Source: a virus
Lineage: Duplodnaviria; Caudoviricetes
DNA: 39,948 nt
Reading direction: 5' to 3' (one strand)
Virus record (IMG/VR): IMGVR_UViG_3300020045_014696
Location: 1 to 39,948 of that record
Part shown: positions 25,735 through 35,580 of the stretch, piece after piece
How the letters are laid out: each line of letters opens with the position of its first letter
How positions within the stretch are numbered: position 1 is the stretch's first letter
Program-made: the position numbers and the translations under genes
The notes under the pieces: model-generated
Told to the model about the DNA's origin: nothing
Database searches by the model: none
The model's input: the letters and a program-made list of their open reading frames with translations, nothing else

Positions 25735-26439
25735 ATGGCTGTTGCAGTAGATACATCGGGTGGTGCAGACGGAACAGGATCGACTCTCACAAAGTCGCTT
25801 ACTCTTGCTGGTTCGGACATCGTGCTTCTTGTTGTGGGAACCACTCGAAGTGCTACGAACGACATTACGGGGTGTACTTGGAATGGTGCAGCGATGACCC
25901 AGATAGATTCTTTTGACAAAGTTTCGGGAGTGTATCATTTTAGAACTTTTGTGATGTGGGCGGCCGAGAGTGGGACTCACGATGTCGTCCTTTCTCGCAG
26001 TGGGTCGGGTACAGACATTGAACTTGCGGCGGTGTCATATAACGGTGTGCCGAATACGGCGTTTGATGCACAGGCGACGGATTCGAGTTCGGGAACAAGT
26101 TTTTCTGGATCGCTTACGACAGTTGATGATTTGTCGCAGGTGGTTTTCTTAATTGGCGGTACAAACGGTTCGCAAACCGCAGGAACTGATACGTTAAAGG
26201 TTGTTCAGGATGATCAGGTAGTGATCATGTCAGGAGATGGCACGACTACTCCCGCAGGGAGTCAGACCCTTGCCTGGTCATCGGGCTCTTCGGTTACAGA
26301 GAACTTCTGGTCGGAAGTTTCGCTGTCGCCAGAGGCAGGTTCGCTTATTAAAACGGTTAATGGCCTTGCCCGAGCGAGTGTAAAAACTGTCAATGGTTTA
26401 GCGATAGCAAGTGTGAAAAATTATAATGGTTTAGCTTAA
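25735..26439 (+). CDS. Putative receptor-binding/fibre-associated beta protein with C-terminal KTVNGLA repeats
   Basis: Ser/Thr/Gly-rich; ends in three 11-aa repeats. Confidence 0.65.
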   Translation: MAVAVDTSGGADGTGSTLTKSLTLAGSDIVLLVVGTTRSATNDITGCTWNGAAMTQIDSFDKVSGVYHFRTFVMWAAESGTHDVVLSRSGSGTDIELAAVSYNGVPNTAFDAQATDSSSGTSFSGSLTTVDDLSQVVFLIGGTNGSQTAGTDTLKVVQDDQVVIMSGDGTTTPAGSQTLAWSSGSSVTENFWSEVSLSPEAGSLIKTVNGLARASVKTVNGLAIASVKNYNGLA

Positions 26440-26450
26440 AGTTAAAGGCG

Positions 26451-26681
26451 ATGGAGGACCATGGATTACATAATGAAATAATGCGGGCTTTGGGTAGGCT
26501 TGAGGGTAAGGTGGATGGGATTTTGGTAGAGCAAAAGAAGACGAACGGTCGTGTATCTACGCTCGAGGGTAAAATGTCCGACCTAAGTGTGATGGCGAAC
26601 GTTAATAAGGCGAAGTTGGGAATCATGGCGTCGGCGGCAGGGACTATTGGGGGATTAATAATTACTTGGGTATTGAAATAA
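26451..26681 (+). CDS. Small coiled-coil protein with C-terminal TM helix (holin-like)
   Basis: LGRLEGKVDGI...KTNGRV..LE then a hydrophobic C-terminus. Confidence 0.6.
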   Translation: MEDHGLHNEIMRALGRLEGKVDGILVEQKKTNGRVSTLEGKMSDLSVMANVNKAKLGIMASAAGTIGGLIITWVLK

Positions 26682-26682
26682 A

Positions 26683-28344
26683 ATGTCAGAACCACTCATC
26701 ATAAATCAATTCCAAAACGCAATTGGCGATTCCGCGCATACGGGATTTGGTCTTATGAGGTGTGTGGATATTGAAGCATTCCCTGGGGCGGTAAAAGTTC
26801 AGAATATTCCGAGTACGATATTTCATACGGCATTTTCGGGGACATTTACGGCGGCGGCAGATGATGTGTGTACGTTGGTTGGCGGTGCGCCGACTACAAC
26901 GGGAACAGCGGTGACGGTTTCGACTACAGGAGTTCTCCCTGCGGGTCTATCTGCAGGAACGAACTATTTTATAATTGCCGTAAGTGGGACGACGGTGAAA
27001 CTTGCTACGACGATTGCCCTTGCTGGTGCTGGCACGGCGGTCGATATAACGGATGCGGGGTCGGGAACGCATACGATGACTACGGTCGATCCTGGGACGG
27101 TAAATCATATTGTCAGAAAAGTTAGCGGGGTGAGATTTTTGCAAGATTCAAATGGGAGAGTTTGGTATTTACAGAGTGGAGCTTCGAGGTGTTTTCTCTT
27201 GAATGGGAACACTCTTACAGGATCCGCGGGAAATGGAATAGTGGTCTTTCAAAACTCCGATGCGAGTGCGACTTATTTGTTCGCTTTCAGAAATGGATTT
27301 ATCGATGTCATTAATGTGACAGCAACGGCAAATCTCGAAACGCCGTCTTGGACTAATGGATGGCAGTCGCTTAATTCGGGAACTGGTACGGGAAATCGTC
27401 ATCATGCGATTCACGGGCAAGATAATATTATTTATTACACGGATGACCGTTATATTGGGAGTATTCGAGAGCTTACAATTTTTGATCCATCCAGCGGGGC
27501 GACGTTTACATTCAATCAGGACGCTCTCGATACTCCAAGTGGTGAGGTCTTGGTCCACCTTGAAGAGCTCGGGGCTAACCTACTTGCGGCGGGACAGACG
27601 TATGACCATATCTATCCCTGGGATAGAGTTTCAGACTCTTTTAATTTGCCGATTTCAGTACCCGAGAGGCAGGTTTTTCGTCTGAAAAATATTGGTGGTA
27701 CTGTCTTTATTCTCGCGGGTACATCGGGAAACATTTATATGACTCAGGGGACGTATGTAAAGCATTTCAAAAAGCTCCCCGACCAAGTGATAAATAATTC
27801 AGGCAGTCTGCAGTCGAACGTTGTGACTTGGGGTGGAATCGATGCTTTGAACGGTAGTTTGTTAGTCGGGGCGAGTGTCTTAACTTCTGGGAATAACGGG
27901 GTATATAGGATTTACCCAGATGGGCGTTTGGTAATTCATCAAATCCCGTCTACAAGTTCGACGAGCGTTACAGCTCTTGAGGTCTCGAATACTTTCTTTT
28001 ATATGGGATATGCGAGTGGCGCGGATGAACTCACGACCTCACGTTATAGTTCGTTTCAGGGGGTAATTCAGTCGGCATTTTATGTTGTCGGCACAAAGAC
28101 TAATAAAACAAAATATTCGCTTCTTGAGGTTGTTATAGCAAAACCCGCGTCAAGTGGGAATGTTCGCGTGAGTTATCGCACTGATACTTCGAGCTCGTTT
28201 ACTACTTTAGATACTTTTGCGGCCGATTCTACAAATACAACTTTCAAGAATGATGCCATTGGGCTTATCGACATTGAGAATATTCAGATTCAGGCTGAGG
28301 TCGATGGGACCGTTGAATTAGTAGAGATAAGATTGCTTCCATGA
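26683..28344 (+). CDS. Tail hub/nozzle-like beta-propeller protein (P22 gp10 / T7 gp12 analogue)
   Basis: 553 aa, repeated beta-blade pattern; position in a podovirus-like tail module. Confidence 0.6.
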   Translation: MSEPLIINQFQNAIGDSAHTGFGLMRCVDIEAFPGAVKVQNIPSTIFHTAFSGTFTAAADDVCTLVGGAPTTTGTAVTVSTTGVLPAGLSAGTNYFIIAVSGTTVKLATTIALAGAGTAVDITDAGSGTHTMTTVDPGTVNHIVRKVSGVRFLQDSNGRVWYLQSGASRCFLLNGNTLTGSAGNGIVVFQNSDASATYLFAFRNGFIDVINVTATANLETPSWTNGWQSLNSGTGTGNRHHAIHGQDNIIYYTDDRYIGSIRELTIFDPSSGATFTFNQDALDTPSGEVLVHLEELGANLLAAGQTYDHIYPWDRVSDSFNLPISVPERQVFRLKNIGGTVFILAGTSGNIYMTQGTYVKHFKKLPDQVINNSGSLQSNVVTWGGIDALNGSLLVGASVLTSGNNGVYRIYPDGRLVIHQIPSTSSTSVTALEVSNTFFYMGYASGADELTTSRYSSFQGVIQSAFYVVGTKTNKTKYSLLEVVIAKPASSGNVRVSYRTDTSSSFTTLDTFAADSTNTTFKNDAIGLIDIENIQIQAEVDGTVELVEIRLLP

Positions 28345-28859
28345 CGGATTCTAAACTTGAAAAAAGAATATCGGCGCTCGAAAAAGAGCTCTCTTATCTC
28401 AAAGCGAACCCGTTGATGCCTGACCATTTTCATAATGGGTCTGATGCTAGTCGGATAAATTTCAATGACTTGGACCAAAAAAAACATTGGATATCTTATA
28501 CGATACCTGGGACAAATTCGGCGACAGCAGCAAACTACAGTGTGTTTTTTGTGAATGAAATCGGTCCTTGTTATGTTTCAGCTTTTTATGAGGTGCATGA
28601 AACTGCGGGAACAGATGCGGGTGCTGTAACGGTGATGCTTGAGAAACTCACAGGAACAACGGCGCCAGCGAGTGGATCGTCTGTGCTCACAACCGCGCTT
28701 TCTTTAAAAGCAACGGCGAATACCGTGCAGGAGGGAACTTTGACGAATACTTTTGCGGATAGGAATTTGGCGGCGGGGGATAGGCTCGCCTTGAAAGATT
28801 CTGGGACGCTGACCGCAGTCGCGAATGTAACTGTTTTTGTGGAACTAACAATCACTTAA
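28341..28859 (+). CDS. Putative tail structural protein
   Basis: N-terminal coiled coil, H.HNG.D motif, beta-rich C-domain. Confidence 0.65.
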   Translation: MTDSKLEKRISALEKELSYLKANPLMPDHFHNGSDASRINFNDLDQKKHWISYTIPGTNSATAANYSVFFVNEIGPCYVSAFYEVHETAGTDAGAVTVMLEKLTGTTAPASGSSVLTTALSLKATANTVQEGTLTNTFADRNLAAGDRLALKDSGTLTAVANVTVFVELTIT

Positions 28860-28882
28860 TAAAAATTATATAATTTAAACAC

Positions 28883-29776
28883 ATGAAAAGTTACACTCAA
28901 CTAAGAACAGATTATGGTGTCGAAACGAAGAATACAGCGGCGGCGAATTTGACATGGGGTAGTACTGTGATGAATGATTTCTATCGAAAACTTCTCGCAA
29001 AAGCTGATTGGCCGTTCCTTCACAGACTCCGTACCGCAACAACTCTCGCCTCGACAACTTTTGTGGCGCTTCCGTATGATGTGGACCTTGTGGAGAGTGT
29101 TTCTGTCACGGTTGGTTCGACGGTGTATTCCCCGAAACCTGCGCCGAGCAGAAAATTCTGGGATGAGCTTCATTACACTTCACAAACATCGGATGTCCCT
29201 CTTTATTGGTTTGTCTACAATGGCGAAATCGGATTGTGGCCTAAGCCAGCGACAGCGGGGAGCACGATATCTTTAAATTCGAAAGTACGGGTGATCGATT
29301 TGAATACTGCAGATATCACTTCATCTACGATAACCACTCTTGCAAATGCGAGTACTGCGCTCACGGTATCGGCAGGTCTTACAACTCAGATGGCGGGTTT
29401 TTGGATCCGTCCGACATATAGCACGACCGCGAATACTGGCGATGGGGTCTGGTATGAATTATCTAGCGTGACCAGTGCAACAGTTGGAACTTTGGTTCGA
29501 AAATATGGAGGTCAATCGATTGCGGCAGGAACGGCGGCTTGTACGATATCGCAGATGCCACTCTTGCCAGAGGCGCACCAAGACCTACTTGTTATACATG
29601 GGGCATTCAGATATTGGACCAAAGAAAAAGACGAACGAGCGCTTGCGTATAAAAATATGTTAGATGAAGGAGTCAAAGAAATGTTCAGAACTTATGGATT
29701 TAATGATCTGTCGATGGTCATTGATAACGGGGATGATGAACCCATCACAAATCCAAACTTAACTATCAGTTTATAA
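28883..29776 (+). CDS. Head-tail adaptor-like protein
   Basis: DWPFL, ALPYD, IGLWPKP, LPEAHQDLLVIHGA pattern of podovirus adaptors. Confidence 0.65.
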   Translation: MKSYTQLRTDYGVETKNTAAANLTWGSTVMNDFYRKLLAKADWPFLHRLRTATTLASTTFVALPYDVDLVESVSVTVGSTVYSPKPAPSRKFWDELHYTSQTSDVPLYWFVYNGEIGLWPKPATAGSTISLNSKVRVIDLNTADITSSTITTLANASTALTVSAGLTTQMAGFWIRPTYSTTANTGDGVWYELSSVTSATVGTLVRKYGGQSIAAGTAACTISQMPLLPEAHQDLLVIHGAFRYWTKEKDERALAYKNMLDEGVKEMFRTYGFNDLSMVIDNGDDEPITNPNLTISL

Positions 29777-29786
29777 AATAATTATC

Positions 29787-31157
29787 ATGTTCCCAAACGA
29801 TGTATTTAAAAACTATTCCTTTAAAGATTCGCTGAACCAGATGCTTAGTCCGTTTTCGCAGATGCTGAAAAAACCGAAGCCCTCGACCCTCCCAGGAATG
29901 ACACCGATCGGGCCGACCCCATCGATTACTCCACCGTATGGGATGACTCCTAAAATCGGTATGTCCCCTGCACCCGTTGTCCCGCAGGTAAAACCAGCGG
30001 CCGCGGTCCCTACGATGAATGCCGTAACGCAACCCGTTACTGCGGTGGCCGCGCCGTCACCGTCGCCAATGACTTTGGGAACAAATGCGACGGTATATTC
30101 TCCTAAAATACCCGAAATTACGCCAAATTCGACCCCTGGCGCGAGTTCTAAGCCCACTTTGCCAACTCTACCTAGTGGGGCAGAAAAAGCGCGGGAAAGC
30201 GCAGAAAAGGCCTATCAGGATAGTCTGAAAATTAGTCCTGAAGAATTATCTACGCAAGAGGACTTAGATCGGCTTATCGAATCGACCAAGGGTGCATATC
30301 GGCAAACTTCGGGGCAGACGATTCCTCTTGAATTTATTACAGGTCAATTGAAATCAGTCGAAGAAAGAGCGCTTGGCTTGGCCGAACCGCTTGAAAGAAA
30401 ATTGGCTCGTATGCAGGCGGCACGCCAATCATCTTCGGAATCCTCAAAATTTGCACTTGAACGTGCAGACAAAGAGCTCGAACGCGAGAAAGGGGAAGCG
30501 GGCGGTTTCACCCTGGGAGAAGGCCAGGCGCGGTATGACGCGTCAGGAAAACTCATCGCAAGTTCGCCAAAGGGAGCAGAAACGAAAGCGCCGACGACAA
30601 TGGAAACGGCGTCAGGAATCGTGCAATGGGATCCGACAACGGGGACATGGAAATCAACGGGATATTCAAAAGCGCAGACCGAGGCGGAACGGACGAAGGC
30701 GGGTGATAAGGTTGATGCGGATATTGCAAAGCAACAGCAGGCTACGCAGTCCATTGGTGTTATCAATTCTGTACTCCAAAACCCAGGTTCTATTTCGGGA
30801 ATAATTCAGACTGGTAGTGTTCCTTTCACGGCGGGAGCAAAGACGAAAAACCAGTATGAGCAACTTAAAGCTATGCTGGCTCTTGGCGCGCGCGGTCTTC
30901 TCAAAGGTTCGGGTGCAGTTTCGGATTACGAGAGCCGTATCTTGAATCAGTCCACTTCGGACCTTGGCAGGAATCTAACGGAGGAAGATTTCACGAAGTC
31001 CTTGAAGCGCATCCGCGGTGTCCTTAAGACGAATAATGGCCTCGAAACGGAGGTGTCCGTTACGAATCCGACTACGGGAGAAGTGATAACCACGATTGCC
31101 TCGGGTGATGAAATATATGCATTAGTCGCTGAGGGAAATGTTGTAGAGTACCAATAA
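29787..31157 (+). CDS. Putative internal virion/ejection protein
   Basis: Pro-rich N-terminus, helical core, FTLGEGQARYD and GSGAVSDYE motifs; precedes the giant ORF. Confidence 0.6.
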   Translation: MFPNDVFKNYSFKDSLNQMLSPFSQMLKKPKPSTLPGMTPIGPTPSITPPYGMTPKIGMSPAPVVPQVKPAAAVPTMNAVTQPVTAVAAPSPSPMTLGTNATVYSPKIPEITPNSTPGASSKPTLPTLPSGAEKARESAEKAYQDSLKISPEELSTQEDLDRLIESTKGAYRQTSGQTIPLEFITGQLKSVEERALGLAEPLERKLARMQAARQSSSESSKFALERADKELEREKGEAGGFTLGEGQARYDASGKLIASSPKGAETKAPTTMETASGIVQWDPTTGTWKSTGYSKAQTEAERTKAGDKVDADIAKQQQATQSIGVINSVLQNPGSISGIIQTGSVPFTAGAKTKNQYEQLKAMLALGARGLLKGSGAVSDYESRILNQSTSDLGRNLTEEDFTKSLKRIRGVLKTNNGLETEVSVTNPTTGEVITTIASGDEIYALVAEGNVVEYQ

Positions 31158-31161
31158 AAAA

Positions 31162-34100
31162 ATGGCATCCGCTTTCGAACAATTAAAACTGAAAGCTCAG
31201 GGTCAGACGACGGTTCCGACTACGGGGTTGTCGGCATTTGACGCGCTGAAGCAAAAATCGGTTTCACAAGGTGGTGAGGTTTCACGTGTAAGCACCGAAA
31301 AGCCCGAGGGTTTCGTGAGTAAGGTGTTTCGCGGTATTACAGAGCCAGTCGTCACGATGGTTGCTCGTCCGTTTCAGGCCGCCAAAGCGATCGGCGGTGC
31401 GGAAGGTGAAGATTTGGACGTTAATTTACCTTATTACGGGAAAATAAAGGCTCCTACGACTGGAAAGGACATCTTAAGGGACGTCGGTCGCGGTCTTGAA
31501 ACTGTGTCCTTGGGAGTTGGAGGTACGGTGCCAAAAGTCGGGCATGGTGTTCTTGGAGCGACAAGGGCGGGGCGGGCGGTTCAAACAACGGCAGCGGCGA
31601 TAGCGCGGCCAGGTGTTCCGACAATTGTCCGTGGGTCAGTTTCACGGCCTTTACGTGAAACGATAAAGCAGGGTGCAGCGATCGGTGCAAAATCAGGCGC
31701 TTTGTTTGGCGCGGGTGCTGGGTTAGAAGAAAAAGCAACGCTTGGTGCGGCTGCCGAGGGCGCGGTAACGGGTGCAATTTCAGGTGGTGTGTTTGGCGCG
31801 GCGATACCCGCCGTTACTGGTATTGCGGGAAAGACCTTTAAATATGCGACATCCCCGAAAGCTCAAAAGGTGGCGAATGCCATTGATGACCTGGAGGACA
31901 CTTACAAAGATATAAATCGCGGTTGGGTACAGACACGCAAAGCAAGCGATAAAGCGGCGCGGGTTACCCAGATGAAAAATAAATCGGGAACGATTGGCAG
32001 GGTGCCCGAGCGCGTACTTGCGGAACACGGAATTATTCCCGAACATTATGGGACAGATTTCACGACAAGGGCTCAAGCTGCAAAACTAAAGTCAGAGGTT
32101 ACTCCACTTGCGGAAGCGAACAGGTCAGCTTTGAGAGAGGCAGGGCTTTCGACACAACCTATTGGCATTGACGATTTGGAGCTTCGTGCTATTTCACGCG
32201 CACGGACCCCAGAGAATATTGCGGGGGGTATTGCGGATGACCTTGAAAATGGGATTCGGAAACAGATGGATTTATATAGGAAAAATTATGGCGGTACGAT
32301 TCCTCTCGAAACTTTGGATGATATAAAAAGTGCTCGTTGGAAACGAACGGGTTTTAGTCTTACCCGAGAGGACAAACTTGCGGGTGATATTGATTACACG
32401 ATCGGTAAGGCGTCCCAGGAGGCTATTGAAGAAACGGCGGCAAAAGCGGGAGCAACGGATGTGGCGCAATTGAACCGAGATATTGGAGATATATTAGAAG
32501 CTGCGAAGTTCCTCGAGAATTTGGATGGCAGAAAGATTCTCTATGGCCGAATGGGGACCCACATGTTGCGTCTTGCGGGAACAATTTCAGGTGCGGCGGG
32601 TGGGGGTATTCCAGGTGGTATCGTTGGAGGTCTTGGCGGCGAACTCTTGGCGCGTATGCTTCGAAGCGCCTCGATTTCAACGCCTGTAAAAAGACTTATC
32701 TTACGAGATTTACAGAACAAAGCGCCTGACGCGTATATTCGCACGCTTAATTGGTTGAAAAAACAAGGTCTTGATCGGGAGTTTAGACTTATGTTGCCAC
32801 CACCGCGCGGGCCAGTCGGTCCGAACCAGGGACGACCAATTCCTGTATTCCCACAATCGACAAAAAATATCGATTATGTCGGTAGTGAAACAGTTGTTCC
32901 ACCTCAAATGGGAGGTTTACCGTCAAGCATCCAAGATAAGACAAACCAAATGGCGATTCCTGATAAGACTGCTTCCATGAGAAAAAGTATACCAAACGCT
33001 CGGCAAGAGTACAATGAGCCGTATATCCCCGAGAGTGAATTACCTGTGATCCCCATGGGGCCGAAACCAAAACCGAAGATAGACCCGACAATTCCAGTAG
33101 TCCCCGCCTCAAAGTTGCAACCCCCTTCTGTGTTCGGACGCCCAAAAGAACAAGGGGGCGCCCTTAAAAAACGCGCGGGACAGCAAGCTTTCGGTGCTGT
33201 CGCTGGTGTTGAGCAAGACGATGAAGGTAATTTTCGGATTAACCATGAGAAAGCGGCTCTGGGGGTTTTGGGCGTTGCGGGATTTACAAAGGCACAGCAA
33301 AAAGGGGCGTTCAAAGGTTTCGATGACCTTACGACAAAATTACTCGACAAGCTTAAAGGACGCACGACTGTTTCGAAACAATTCATCGAGGACCTCACGA
33401 ACACGCCAGACCTTCGTCAGCCCGAGCGAGAGTTGATCCGAAAGATATTGGAGGAGGGTGGAAAAAAGACGCGAATAGCGCAATTTACCGAAGGTGGGAA
33501 GGGCGGTAAATTTTGGACTACACCAGAAGGTGCCGACGAGGGTTTCGGTTCTATTAAAAAAGAGGCATTTGTCGATACTTCAAAACTTTTCAAAGGTACA
33601 AGTAGTTATGATTTCTTAAAAGAGCGTGGTCTCATCACTCCTAAAATGCAGAAGCAGATAGATAATGCCTGGAGTACATCGGATCCGAATATGGAGTTCA
33701 AAATTTCGCAAGACGTTGCCGAGGCGGTATTGAAAAAAGAAGGGTATGGGGGAGCGCATTGGTCGTATGAAGACGACTTGAATCCGACACAATATCAAAT
33801 CTGGGATAAAAACTTAATCGAAAATTCCGACCAAATCAACGTTACCGACTTCGCCAACAAAGTAAAGACAGAGTTGCTTCCACTCAAAGTAAAATCATCG
33901 ATTCCTGAGGAAGCACGGGGTGTGGCCGATTATAACCCAGGGCGATATGAGAGCATCGTGCTCCCAGACGACCTTCGTGGTCCTGTTGCGAATTACGAGG
34001 AACGCATATACGAGTCGCCGATAAAAACATCGGCGGGGAGTGTACATTTTGGAGATTATTCAGGGGGAGAGATTCCTTCGACTCAAAATTACTTCGCCCA

Positions 34101-35580
34101 CACACGTGTAGAGGATTTGCCGAAAGACGCTAGAAGTGGATATGACAGTGCTGGTAATAGTCTATATAAGAAGGCAGGTGGAGACACCCGCCGTGTCATA
34201 GAACTCCAATCAGACCTCTTTCAGAAGGGGAGGTTGGAGGGGGAAAATGTGGCGCACCAAACTCCTGCGCAAATAGCAGAGTATAAGCGACTAATGAAAT
34301 CGGGAGGCGACGTGAAGGGGTATCTCGAAGGTTTAGACGCAAATCGAACAAAAGAACTCTCCAAACTCGAACCCTACCGCAACACATGGCACGAACGAAT
34401 CATTCGAGAAGAAATAAAACAGGCGGCAAAAGACGGAAAGACCAAGCTCCAATTCCCCACGGGCGAAACAGCTATGAAAATAGAGGGGCTAGGGGGAAAT
34501 CTCGATCCCAATTCAGGCCGAGGCTGGTACATAAACACAGGTCCTGACTCTAGCCCATTCAATAGTGGCCTCACGCCAGAAAAAATAAAAGTGGGACTAA
34601 AAGTCAATGACGTTACTGACGAAGAATGGATAATCACCGACGTACTCGGAGATGGGAAGTTCAAGGCGGTGCCGAAGAGAAATGTACCTAAGGTGGAATT
34701 TATGCGTAATGGCCTTACAAGGGTGGAACATCCTAGTGGTCGTGTGGAAACCTTGCAGGGCAACAAGACAGCATTGGAGGCTATGAAAGAAAGCCGATAC
34801 AGTGAGGGTTATTTGAATGATACTGAAACCTTCGACATCTCTGGCAAAGTAGACACCTCAAATCCCATCTATAAGTTCTATGAAAAAGAGGTCGGTCGTT
34901 TTCTCTCAAACAAGTTCGGCGCGAAAAGAATCACAGACGCCCAGGGTGTAACTTGGTGGGAGATTCCGATTACAAAAGAAGAGGCGAAAAAACCTGTGTA
35001 CGCTTTCGGTAAATCTCAATTAGGAACAATTATGGGAGTCGGGGCGGGAACCGCATTGGGTGCGGGTGCGATCGGCGCGGGGGGTATTGATAGTAAGCCG
35101 ATGATTTACAAAGCTCCGACAGAAACTCAAAAGAGCAATTTCGGTCCGAAAAAAACAGAAGAGCCAAAAGGAAGTCTGGCTAGGCGCAATAATAATCCCC
35201 TGAACCTCATATATGCCGAACAACCAGGGGCAAAGAGGGGAGATAAGCGACTAGACGGCACTTATTGGGCCAAATTTGACTCACCTGAGGCGGGAATGCT
35301 CGCGGGTGAGAGAGATATCATGGCGAAGCTTAAACGCTCGCCAGAGATGACTATACGCGAATTGATAGAGGTGCGAAGTCCGTCGTCCGAGAACGATACG
35401 GCGCAGATCCGCTTTATCGTCATGGACACCCTCAAAGATATGCACGATGAGGGCATTATTAAGAGCCTCCGAGCCGATAAGGTCAAGGTGAAAGAGGTTG
35501 TTCCGATGTCGCGACTTGTCGAGGCATTGGCTAAGGCAGAGGGTTATTACAATGAGCATGTTGAGAAAAATACTCGATAG
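31162..35580 (+). CDS. Large multidomain ejection/polyvalent protein (1472 aa)
   Basis: Gly/Ala-rich hydrophobic segments, RVIELQSDLFQKG motif, ART-like segment, C-terminal RRNNNPLNL motif. Confidence 0.7.
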   Translation: MASAFEQLKLKAQGQTTVPTTGLSAFDALKQKSVSQGGEVSRVSTEKPEGFVSKVFRGITEPVVTMVARPFQAAKAIGGAEGEDLDVNLPYYGKIKAPTTGKDILRDVGRGLETVSLGVGGTVPKVGHGVLGATRAGRAVQTTAAAIARPGVPTIVRGSVSRPLRETIKQGAAIGAKSGALFGAGAGLEEKATLGAAAEGAVTGAISGGVFGAAIPAVTGIAGKTFKYATSPKAQKVANAIDDLEDTYKDINRGWVQTRKASDKAARVTQMKNKSGTIGRVPERVLAEHGIIPEHYGTDFTTRAQAAKLKSEVTPLAEANRSALREAGLSTQPIGIDDLELRAISRARTPENIAGGIADDLENGIRKQMDLYRKNYGGTIPLETLDDIKSARWKRTGFSLTREDKLAGDIDYTIGKASQEAIEETAAKAGATDVAQLNRDIGDILEAAKFLENLDGRKILYGRMGTHMLRLAGTISGAAGGGIPGGIVGGLGGELLARMLRSASISTPVKRLILRDLQNKAPDAYIRTLNWLKKQGLDREFRLMLPPPRGPVGPNQGRPIPVFPQSTKNIDYVGSETVVPPQMGGLPSSIQDKTNQMAIPDKTASMRKSIPNARQEYNEPYIPESELPVIPMGPKPKPKIDPTIPVVPASKLQPPSVFGRPKEQGGALKKRAGQQAFGAVAGVEQDDEGNFRINHEKAALGVLGVAGFTKAQQKGAFKGFDDLTTKLLDKLKGRTTVSKQFIEDLTNTPDLRQPERELIRKILEEGGKKTRIAQFTEGGKGGKFWTTPEGADEGFGSIKKEAFVDTSKLFKGTSSYDFLKERGLITPKMQKQIDNAWSTSDPNMEFKISQDVAEAVLKKEGYGGAHWSYEDDLNPTQYQIWDKNLIENSDQINVTDFANKVKTELLPLKVKSSIPEEARGVADYNPGRYESIVLPDDLRGPVANYEERIYESPIKTSAGSVHFGDYSGGEIPSTQNYFAHTRVEDLPKDARSGYDSAGNSLYKKAGGDTRRVIELQSDLFQKGRLEGENVAHQTPAQIAEYKRLMKSGGDVKGYLEGLDANRTKELSKLEPYRNTWHERIIREEIKQAAKDGKTKLQFPTGETAMKIEGLGGNLDPNSGRGWYINTGPDSSPFNSGLTPEKIKVGLKVNDVTDEEWIITDVLGDGKFKAVPKRNVPKVEFMRNGLTRVEHPSGRVETLQGNKTALEAMKESRYSEGYLNDTETFDISGKVDTSNPIYKFYEKEVGRFLSNKFGAKRITDAQGVTWWEIPITKEEAKKPVYAFGKSQLGTIMGVGAGTALGAGAIGAGGIDSKPMIYKAPTETQKSNFGPKKTEEPKGSLARRNNNPLNLIYAEQPGAKRGDKRLDGTYWAKFDSPEAGMLAGERDIMAKLKRSPEMTIRELIEVRSPSSENDTAQIRFIVMDTLKDMHDEGIIKSLRADKVKVKEVVPMSRLVEALAKAEGYYNEHVEKNTR

